In this document: piece after piece, positions 8,705 through 15,329 of the stretch
Position numbering within the stretch: position 1 is the stretch's first letter
Layout of the letters: the number at the start of each line of letters is the position of its first letter
Assembly: GCA_963664115.2 (NCBI GenBank)
Contig: CAXWPJ010000002.1
Coordinates: forward strand, 775,160-799,159
Reading direction: 5' to 3'
DNA length: 24,000 nucleotides
DNA from: Terriglobia bacterium
GTDB taxonomy: Bacteria > Acidobacteriota > Terriglobia > 20CM-2-55-15
Position numbers and translations under genes: made by a program
Notes under the pieces: generated by a model
Seen by the model: the letters and a program-made list of their open reading frames with translations, nothing else
Database searches by the model: none
Told to the model about the DNA's origin: nothing

Positions 8705-9712
8705 ATGATTATTGATTGTCACGGACACTACACAACGGCGCCGGATGCGCTGGGAGAATATCGAAAGCAGCAGATTGCCGCGTTTGATTCATCCCAACCT
8801 GCGGCAAAAGGCGAGATAAACATTTCCGACGATCAACTCCGCGAGAGCGTCGAGGGTGCGCAACTGAAGTTTCAGCGCGAACGCGGTACCGACATGACGA
8901 TATTTTCTCCGCGCGCGTCGTGGATGGCCCATCACCTGGGCGATGCGATGGTGAGCCAGTACTGGAGTGAACACTGCAATGATTTAATCCATCGCCTCTG
9001 TGGGCTGTATCCGAAAAACTTTGTCGGCGTTTGCCAGTTGCCGCAGTCTCCGGGTGTCGGACCGGCGAACTGCATCGGCGAGCTTGAACGGTGTGTCAAC
9101 GAACTGGGAATGATCGGGTGCAATTTAAGTCCCGATCCCTCCGGCGGCCGTTGGACGGCGCCCCCGCTGAGCGATCCATACTGGTATCCGGTCTACGAAA
9201 AGATGGTCGAGTTGGATGTGCCCGCGATGGTTCATGTCAGTGCTTCCTGCAATCCTGCTTTTCATACGACGGGTGCGCACTACCTCAACGCCGACACGAC
9301 GGCCTTCATGCAGTTTCTGACCTCGGATCTATTCAAGGACTTTCCGGCTCTGAGATTCGTCATACCCCATGGTGGGGGTGCTGTGCCGTATCATTGGGGT
9401 CGGTATCGTGGCATGGCTCAGGACCAGAAGCGTCCGCCGCTGACGGAGCTTATGGGTGGCAACATCTTCTTCGACACCTGTGTCTACCACATGCCGGGAA
9501 TCGAGTTGCTTACAAAAGTCGTACCCACCGACAACATCCTCTTCGGTTCAGAGATGGTCGGCGCCGTTCGGGGTGTCGATCCGGAAACGGGGCACTACTA
9601 CGACGATACGAAACGGTACATCGACCAAGCTTCGTGGCTGAGCGATGAAGAGAAGCAAAAAATATTCGAAGGGAACGCACGCAAGGTGTATCCCCGCATC
9701 AACCGGAAATAG
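8705..9712 (+). CDS. ligJ: 4-oxalomesaconate hydratase-like amidohydrolase
   Basis: GAGGAG lies 5 nt upstream of ATG 8705. MIIDCHGHYT..., MVELDVPAMVHVSASCNPAFHTTGAHYLNADTTAFMQ, LRFVIPHGGGAVPYHWGRYRG, FFDTCVYH.PGIELL and NILFGSEMVGAVRGVDPETGHYYDDTKRYID match my memory of Sphingobium LigJ almost block for block. Confidence 0.8.
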   Translation: MIIDCHGHYTTAPDALGEYRKQQIAAFDSSQPAAKGEINISDDQLRESVEGAQLKFQRERGTDMTIFSPRASWMAHHLGDAMVSQYWSEHCNDLIHRLCGLYPKNFVGVCQLPQSPGVGPANCIGELERCVNELGMIGCNLSPDPSGGRWTAPPLSDPYWYPVYEKMVELDVPAMVHVSASCNPAFHTTGAHYLNADTTAFMQFLTSDLFKDFPALRFVIPHGGGAVPYHWGRYRGMAQDQKRPPLTELMGGNIFFDTCVYHMPGIELLTKVVPTDNILFGSEMVGAVRGVDPETGHYYDDTKRYIDQASWLSDEEKQKIFEGNARKVYPRINRK

Positions 9713-9743
9713 GGGACGGACACTTCATGAAGTGTCCGTCCCC
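9712..9743. repeat. Perfect 32-nt palindrome GGGGACGGACACTTCA|TGAAGTGTCCGTCCCC; copy 1 of a palindromic repeat family
   Basis: Read directly. It starts at the last base of the ligJ-like TAG stop. It shares a 21-nt core, CATGAAGTGTCCGTCCCCTTC, with 18248-18268. It could act as a transcription terminator or attenuator between ligJ and the peptidase gene. Confidence 0.85.
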
Positions 9744-10700
9744 TTCCTGTTCGCGGTTCTGACGATCTCTTTACAGGGTTCGGCGCTAGGCCTCGTTCAG
9801 GACGCCCCCCGTGATCCCGGCTTCGGCGCCCTAGCGCGTGAACATATCGGTGAGCTGTCTGACCGAATCGGTGCGCGTGTCGCTGGAAGCCCGGGTGAAG
9901 TGCGGGCCGCCGGATATATCGAAAATGTTTTCTCCCAAATTGGCTACCCGACCCGCGTCCAACCCTTCAGCTTTTCCGGTGGGCCCCGGGACCGCCGGTC
10001 TACACGGGAATCGGCGAATGTTATTGCTGTGAAGGCAGGATCGTCGAACGAGGAAATCATTGTTGGCGCGCACTATGATTCCGAAGTTCGCGGCCGGGGA
10101 GCGGGGGACAATGCGTCGGGAGTAGGCGTGATGCTCGAAATCGCCGCCGCGATTCGGGACGTCGCGACGCCGTACACGATTCGGTTCATCGCTTTCGGTG
10201 CCGAAGAAGAGGGTCTGGCAGGATCGCGCTATACGGTGAGTGAGATCCCCCCTGAGGACATCGGGCGTGTGGTGGCCATGATCAATCTGGACAGCCTGAT
10301 TGCAGGAGACTTCGCTTACGTCTACGGGGATCGAGGAGACAGAGGTGTGGTTCGTGACTGGGTTCTGGCCCGAGCCAGGGAACAGGGTCTTGATCTGCGG
10401 ACACAACCGGGTGAGAACCCTGAATATCCGAGGGGAACGACAGGAGAGTTTTCCGATCACGCTCCTTTCGAGGACGTGGGCATCCAGTATGCGTATTTTG
10501 AATCGACCAACTGGTCACTGGGAGAGCGAGACGGATACGTCCAGGTTGACCCTCAACTCGGAGAAAACGGTTACATCTGGCATACACCGTTCGATACGAT
10601 GGGCTATATCGAGTCGACGTTTCCTGGAAGGATTGATGCGCGTCTCCACTTGTTTGCGACGATGCTCTACCAGGTATTGACAGAATTTTCCGCCCCTTAG
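9732..10700 (+). CDS. M28-family metallo-aminopeptidase, secreted
   Basis: M28 metal-ligand blocks are present: GAHYDS, GAGDNASGVGVMLEIA, FIAFGAEEEGLAGS, MINLDS, SDHAPF. The start is uncertain. GTG 9732 gives (M)SVPFLFAVLTISLQGSALG as a signal peptide. The track ATG 9645 would overlap the conserved ligJ 3' end by 68 nt. Confidence 0.75.
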   Translation: MSVPFLFAVLTISLQGSALGLVQDAPRDPGFGALAREHIGELSDRIGARVAGSPGEVRAAGYIENVFSQIGYPTRVQPFSFSGGPRDRRSTRESANVIAVKAGSSNEEIIVGAHYDSEVRGRGAGDNASGVGVMLEIAAAIRDVATPYTIRFIAFGAEEEGLAGSRYTVSEIPPEDIGRVVAMINLDSLIAGDFAYVYGDRGDRGVVRDWVLARAREQGLDLRTQPGENPEYPRGTTGEFSDHAPFEDVGIQYAYFESTNWSLGERDGYVQVDPQLGENGYIWHTPFDTMGYIESTFPGRIDARLHLFATMLYQVLTEFSAP

Positions 10701-10744
10701 TGTCGGTCAGGAATCTATGTTTATGATTGTGAAGGAGATTGCGC

Positions 10745-11218
10745 ATGGGTGAAGTGAAGTACGTATCCCGAGTCCAACTGGAAAGAAAGAAGGGTCCGCT
10801 GCGTCTGGCGACAATTCCCGCCGAGAGCGAACCGGTATGGTTCGGGGTTCACGGAGCGATCGCAGAGCATTACGGTGTGGACACTGCGAAACTGGAAGAG
10901 GTCCATGCGACAACGCTCGACTACGTTGTCGCTGCCGCCGGTGGCTGAATGATGGGAACCTTCGGGGGCGCGCTGGAAGCGCGCAAAATTGATGCTTCAG
11001 GTGGTCGGCTTACTGCGGAAGTGAGCGGAGAAGTGGAAACGGACGGCGGTGTGCTGATCATCAAACGTATCCACGTCGCCATGCAGTTGCGTGCATCGGA
11101 AGACGACAGAGAAGTTGTCGAACGGGTGCATGGTGTATTTGCCAACAAGTGTCCCGTCTTTCGTAGTATTGGTCCGGCGATAGCGATAACATCGTCCTAC
11201 GAATTGGTCGGGGATTAA
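10745..11218 (+). CDS. OsmC/YhfA-like thiol peroxidase-family protein with in-frame TGA (10946-10948) at the conserved Cys; candidate selenoprotein or nonsense pseudogene
   Basis: Track ORFs 10739..10948 and 10949..11218 are in the same frame and separated only by TGA. The joined sequence reads ...LDYVVAAAGG[TGA]MMGTFGGAL...ANKCPVFRSIG...ITSSYELVGD, compared with E. coli YhfA ...MEMVLMAAGGCSAIDV...AEKYCSVALML...ITHSYEVVA. GGAG lies 7 nt upstream of ATG 10745. Confidence 0.6.
10968..10984 (+). promoter_or_regulatory. SECIS-like hairpin downstream of the in-frame TGA
   Basis: GCGCGC-TGGAA-GCGCGC has a 6-bp GC stem and a 5-nt loop containing GG. The stem starts 19 nt after the TGA. This fits the loose bacterial SECIS geometry. 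The hairpin is short and could be fortuitous. Confidence 0.35.
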
Positions 11219-11247
11219 TTGGTCGGGGATTAATTGGTCGGAGGTTA
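11203..11247 (+). repeat. 15-bp tandem repeat x3 (ATTGGTCGGGGATTA, ATTGGTCGGGGATTA, ATTGGTCGGAGGTTA)
   Basis: Read directly. Copy 1 holds the OsmC-like C-terminus and TAA stop. Copy 3 differs at 2 positions, which creates the GGAGG Shine-Dalgarno sequence 8 nt upstream of the ATG at 11253. Confidence 0.9.
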
Positions 11248-11252
11248 AGCTG

Positions 11253-11957
11253 ATGAAGAACGTTTCGCTCCTGGCCGTGACATTGGCCGTAATGGTCGTA
11301 CTCGGTGTGTGGGTCAACTCAGTGGAAGCTGGAGAACGCCGCACGGTCACGCTGAGCTATGGCGGGGGAGAGAATCTGTCCCTCACGGTTGTCCTGCCTC
11401 TGGGCTATACGCCGGACACCGAGTATCCGCTTGTCTTTGCCTTGCCGCCCGGACCGGGCACCCCGGAGATGGTCAACGCGTTTCTGGGCAACTACTGGCT
11501 CGATGAGGCGGATCGTAGGGGATATATTCTGGTTTCACCTGCCATATTTGGACCGAACCTTGAAGGCTCGGCCGCTGAGGTTGTCGACACGGTGTTCGAC
11601 TGGGTCGGAGAGAATCTCAGTTACGATGCCGCGCGCGTCACGCTGGCGGGTCAGTCCAACGGAGGACTTGGCGCGTTCCATCTAGCTCGTGCCGACCCGG
11701 ATCGTTTTGGATCGATAGTGGTCATGCCGGGCGGTTATGGATCGGCCGGCGATCTGGCTCAACTCGGTGGAAAGCCGGTCTTGTTGGCCGTTGGGGAGCG
11801 CGACACGCAGTGGGTCACGTTGACGAACCGCACGCGCGACCTTCTTGTGCTGGCCGGCGCCGCTCCGCGGGTCGATGTCATACCGGGTGCAGGCCATGTT
11901 TTCCCGTATCCTGTCGATACTCTGTTTGACTGGATCGAGCAGGCACACCCCGAGTAG
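11253..11957 (+). CDS. Secreted alpha/beta-hydrolase (esterase / predicted peptidase type)
   Basis: Signal peptide MKNVSLLAVTLAVMVVLGVWVNSVEA. Nucleophile elbow GQSNGG. C-terminal GAGHVF histidine block. Confidence 0.8.
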   Translation: MKNVSLLAVTLAVMVVLGVWVNSVEAGERRTVTLSYGGGENLSLTVVLPLGYTPDTEYPLVFALPPGPGTPEMVNAFLGNYWLDEADRRGYILVSPAIFGPNLEGSAAEVVDTVFDWVGENLSYDAARVTLAGQSNGGLGAFHLARADPDRFGSIVVMPGGYGSAGDLAQLGGKPVLLAVGERDTQWVTLTNRTRDLLVLAGAAPRVDVIPGAGHVFPYPVDTLFDWIEQAHPE

Positions 11958-12019
11958 CGGTGAACTGGGGCTGCGGACATTGCTTGGCATGGGCTCACCG
12001 AACCAACAGTTGAACGCAC

Positions 12020-12724
12020 ATGAACCTTGATAAAGCGACGGTCCTGGTCACGGGCGGAACGAGCGGCATCGGACGGGCCATAGCGGAGTCCTTGATAACT
12101 GCGGGCGCAAGCGTTGCGGTTACGGGTCGGGATTCCGCCCGGCTTGAGGAGACGGCCGGGGCATTGAGTGCTCTCCCGATTCAGGCGGACGTTGCGAATG
12201 AATCCGACGTGCAGCGGACCTACGAGCAAGTCTTCGATGCCTTCGGTCACCTGGACATACTGATCAACAACGCCGGTCACGGACTCTTCAAGCCCCTGGT
12301 GGACACCGATCGCACCGAGTTCGACCGAATCCTTCAGACGAATGTGACGGGAGCGATGTTGATGGGACGCGAGGCAGCCCGGCATTTTGTTTCCCGGGGG
12401 GGCGGCAACATCGTCAATATTGCCTCGACGGGTGCGGTGCGCGGTGGACCCAACGGCACAGCCTACTACGCGAGCAAATTTGCCCTTCGGGGAATGACCG
12501 AATGCTGGCGGGCCGAACTCCGGCCCCACAATGTGCGGGTGTTCCTCATCAATCCCAGTGAGGTCATCACAAGTTTCGCCGCGACGGCCGGTTTCCCTCA
12601 GGATGACAATCCAACCAAGCTGCACGCGGAAGACATCGCCCACATGGTAAAAGGCGTTCTGGAAATGGACGATCGCGGCTTCACGACCGAGTTGACGATC
12701 TTTGCGACGAATCCTAAGGACTAG
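12020..12724 (+). CDS. Short-chain dehydrogenase/reductase (classical SDR)
   Basis: Carries TGGTSGIGRAIA, NNAG and YYASK motifs. Length is 234 aa. Confidence 0.9.
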   Translation: MNLDKATVLVTGGTSGIGRAIAESLITAGASVAVTGRDSARLEETAGALSALPIQADVANESDVQRTYEQVFDAFGHLDILINNAGHGLFKPLVDTDRTEFDRILQTNVTGAMLMGREAARHFVSRGGGNIVNIASTGAVRGGPNGTAYYASKFALRGMTECWRAELRPHNVRVFLINPSEVITSFAATAGFPQDDNPTKLHAEDIAHMVKGVLEMDDRGFTTELTIFATNPKD

Positions 12725-12760
12725 GTAGAGGAATGGGTGGGGTGGTCGCGATTTAAGATT

Positions 12761-12831
12761 TCGCTCGGTCGTTCAAACGGCCATCCTGGCCGAACGACCG
12801 GCGACCCTTGCCATCATCCTGATGGCAAGGG
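12761..12831 (-). repeat. 71-nt double-hairpin element, copy A (possible structured RNA or REP-like element)
   Basis: The minus strand reads CCCTTGCCATC-AGGAT-GATGGCAAGGG then TCGCCGGTCGTTC-GGCC-AGGAT-GGCC-GTTT-GAACGACCGAGCGA. The same architecture occurs at 23145..23215 (+), with compensatory stem changes. It lies in the convergent gap 160 nt downstream of the methyltransferase stop, on the same strand. Confidence 0.7.
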
Positions 12832-12871
12832 TTATTGGGATCGGCCGAACGATTAAGCATTCCCCAATACG

Positions 12872-12896
12872 ACCCGCAGCGTTCCTCGCTGCGGGT
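12872..12896 (-). other. 10-bp hairpin with AGGAA loop in the operon 3' region
   Basis: The minus strand reads ACCCGCAGCG-AGGAA-CGCTGCGGGT. It lies between the methyltransferase stop and element copy A. Confidence 0.4.
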
Positions 12897-12991
12897 GAAC
12901 AACGAGGCGGTAGCCGAGGCGTTTAGAGTAATAAGATGATTGGATCGGACCCGAACGAAGTTGCCAAGCAGGAAACTCCCAACCCCCGCCA

Positions 12992-13804
12992 CTAGCCAAT
13001 CCGTGTAGCCGTTATCAGCGCATATCCCAGTTGACCTGCGTTGATGGCTTCAAGTGCCGCCTTGGCCATGTGTTTTGCGCTCGTGAAGTCCACGCCGTCC
13101 AGGTCGATCTTCTTGAGTCCGACTGCGATTTCCAGGCCCAGCAACTTCCCGCGAATCTGGTTGACCATTTGCGTGAGTGCATCGTCGTGAGCTGTGACCG
13201 AATCCATCCTGAAACCGGCCGCTTGAAGCATCTCCGTGTAGCCATCGACGGGTCGGGCGTCGGCGATACATGCCACCCACGCCATCAGGGAATCCAGAGC
13301 TTCAGGCAACGTGTCGCTGCGAGTGATGTCGCTGAGGCCGAGGCGGCTTCCTCTCCGCAGGACACGATGGAACTGGGCCCCCGCCTTCGCTTTGTCCGGG
13401 AAGGTACAAAAGGCACATTCGCAGATGATCGCGTCGAATGATGCGTCTTCAAAAGGTAAAAGCTCGGAATCGCCCTGTTGGAATTGGACACGTCCACTGA
13501 GACCGCGTGCGGCGGCTTCCTCGTTTGCCATACGGACGTTGTCCGCTCCGTAATCCACACCCACGACTTCGCAATCAAAGGTTTCGGCAACATGAAGGGC
13601 ACTCGTGCCGGTACCGGAGGCCACGTCCAGAACTCTCAGACCAGGTTCGAGATTCAGTGCCTGTCCGAGTTCAGTGGTCAAGGCCAGTCCGCCCGGATGA
13701 AACGAGTCGCCCAGAAGCAGCCGAACAAAATCCTGTTCGTAAAGTTGCGCGCAGCAGGATTTGAGGTCTTGTCTGGCTGTGGGAAGATCCATCGATTCCT
13801 TCAT
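12992..13804 (-). CDS. Class I SAM-dependent methyltransferase, ArsM-like core
   Basis: SAM motif I is VLDVASGTG. ICECAFCTFPDK aligns with ArsM ISNCVINLSPDK, LGLSDI with LAISDV, and WVACIADA with the ArsM GC.AGA block. There is an N-terminal SCC pair. Its ATG overlaps the radical SAM stop as ATGA (13801-13804). Confidence 0.8.
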   Translation of the reverse strand: MKESMDLPTARQDLKSCCAQLYEQDFVRLLLGDSFHPGGLALTTELGQALNLEPGLRVLDVASGTGTSALHVAETFDCEVVGVDYGADNVRMANEEAAARGLSGRVQFQQGDSELLPFEDASFDAIICECAFCTFPDKAKAGAQFHRVLRRGSRLGLSDITRSDTLPEALDSLMAWVACIADARPVDGYTEMLQAAGFRMDSVTAHDDALTQMVNQIRGKLLGLEIAVGLKKIDLDGVDFTSAKHMAKAALEAINAGQLGYALITATRIG

Positions 13805-15309
13805 GAGTCACCCTTATTGAACGAGAAAGTAACCGGCTGTGGTTCGTATGGGGTGCCTTCTTTGCGAGCCTTGCGTCGTGCGGGTTCCATGCCGTCAAGC
13901 TGCGAACGGGCCTGTTCACGATAGCCCACTGTGTTGTATGCGCAGAACGGGATTTGTTTGCCACCGGGCAGGAGGAATTCCTTACAGCATTTCATCAGGT
14001 TCTTCTGATTGAACGTCCACGGATCCATGAAATCCTGCAACATGATCATGAGCACGTGTTCGGCTATATCGTCCACCGCGATCGATTCCGGAATGCCGCA
14101 GGCCTGACACGAGGCTAAGATCTGTCCGGAGGACTTATCGGAACCGGGAACTGAGGACGAGGACCACAAGCCTTCCAGAGCTTGTGTCACATCCTGGTTC
14201 CAGTCCGGCAGTGCGCGATTGGTGATGTAGTCCAGATAGTCGTCCACGTTGACGACGCGGGGTATGGGAGTCACGGTGTCCCCGTCGATGAACGCGTACG
14301 TCACCGAGTTGCATGTCGGAAAACAGCACGGGACAGGCACGAAATCGCTGACCACGAATTGCTTCTTCGTCTGTTCCTCGATCAACCGCAGAACGTCGGG
14401 TATCGTCATGCGTTCCATGGGATCGTGTGCCATATGACGACCGGTGTGAAACGCCGGCTGGAAGTTGATGCCGCGGACGGCGGGGTGTTTGATCGCCAGG
14501 TCGATGATCTTTCCAAGCTCGTGATCGTTGACCGCACGCTCGATCGCAGGAACAAGCGTGACGCTCAGCCCTATTGCCGCAAGCCTGTCCAGCGCGCGGA
14601 GCTTCTGCTCGAGAATGTCGGGCTCGCCTCGAATGATTCGGTATGTTTCGCTGTCGAAACCGTCGAACTGAAAATAAATGGAAGGACGCGCCAGGTTGAG
14701 TTGTTCTAGAAACGCATCATCGGTGGCGATCCGTTTGCCGTTCGTATTGAGCATGACCATCGGAATACCACGGGCCTTGGCCGCGCCGATGAAATCGATA
14801 ATCTGCGGATGAATCGTCGGCTCCCCGCCGGAAAACTGGACGACTTCGGGGTCGCCCTCGGTACGAACAAAGTCGTCCAGCATTCCCTCAACCTCTTCCA
14901 GAGTGAGGCTGAAGCCGGGACCGGCTTCGGAGAAGCAGAGCGGGCAGCTCATATTGCAGGCGCTGTTTACTTCTATGATTCCGAGACATGCATGCTGCTG
15001 GTGATCCGGACACAGACCACAATCATGAGGGCATCCGTCCTGAATGTCCGTTCCGAAAGCCAAGGGAATAGTGCCGGGCTTGTTGTACTTGCTCTGGGCG
15101 ACATACATCTGGGCGTCGCCGTATACCAATCCCTCAAAGGGCCCACATTCCGGGCAGCGTTTGCGCATGTAGACCTTGTTGTTGCGCAACAGGATCTGGG
15201 CATCGATCACCTTGCGGCATTCCGGACAGATGCTGCGTGTGAGTTCGTAGAAGATGTAGTCGGCGTCTTTCTTCTTTGGTGTTTCGGAAGGCGAAACCTG
15301 TTTTGCCAT
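13801..15309 (-). CDS. Large radical SAM enzyme with N-terminal rubredoxin-like ribbon and extra Cys clusters (Tes/GDGT-MAS-like architecture)
   Basis: CPEC..(20)..CPEC ribbon, then CPHDCGLCPDHQQHAC, then the radical SAM motif CNMSCPLC with GGEP downstream. C-terminal Cys groups are PCCFPTC, CQAC and CC...C. ATG 15309 is preceded by GGAGGA. The track start, GTG 15333, would overlap the upstream stop as GTGA. Confidence 0.85.
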   Translation of the reverse strand: MAKQVSPSETPKKKDADYIFYELTRSICPECRKVIDAQILLRNNKVYMRKRCPECGPFEGLVYGDAQMYVAQSKYNKPGTIPLAFGTDIQDGCPHDCGLCPDHQQHACLGIIEVNSACNMSCPLCFSEAGPGFSLTLEEVEGMLDDFVRTEGDPEVVQFSGGEPTIHPQIIDFIGAAKARGIPMVMLNTNGKRIATDDAFLEQLNLARPSIYFQFDGFDSETYRIIRGEPDILEQKLRALDRLAAIGLSVTLVPAIERAVNDHELGKIIDLAIKHPAVRGINFQPAFHTGRHMAHDPMERMTIPDVLRLIEEQTKKQFVVSDFVPVPCCFPTCNSVTYAFIDGDTVTPIPRVVNVDDYLDYITNRALPDWNQDVTQALEGLWSSSSVPGSDKSSGQILASCQACGIPESIAVDDIAEHVLMIMLQDFMDPWTFNQKNLMKCCKEFLLPGGKQIPFCAYNTVGYREQARSQLDGMEPARRKARKEGTPYEPQPVTFSFNKGDS

Positions 15310-15329
15310 CGTTCCTCCAGCGGGCTGTA

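Noticed and set aside
10946-10948. TGA read as Trp or Gly under an alternative genetic code
   Set aside because: TGA terminates several well-supported genes in this window, for example at the ATGA overlaps at 5909-5912 and 13801-13804. The standard code applies.
11203-11247. Possible CRISPR-like or minisatellite array
   Set aside because: There are only three directly abutting 15-bp units with no spacers, so this is not a CRISPR array.
11759-12643. 294-aa minus-strand ORF
   Set aside because: It is antisense to the SDR gene (TGGTSGIG, NNAG, YxxxK) and to the esterase 3' end. The composition is typical of a GC-rich shadow frame.
12753-12992. 79-aa minus-strand ORF in the convergent gap after the methyltransferase
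   Set aside because: It is made almost entirely of the hairpin elements (12761-12896) and has no RBS. The conservation pattern with copy B is structural (compensatory changes), not codon-like.
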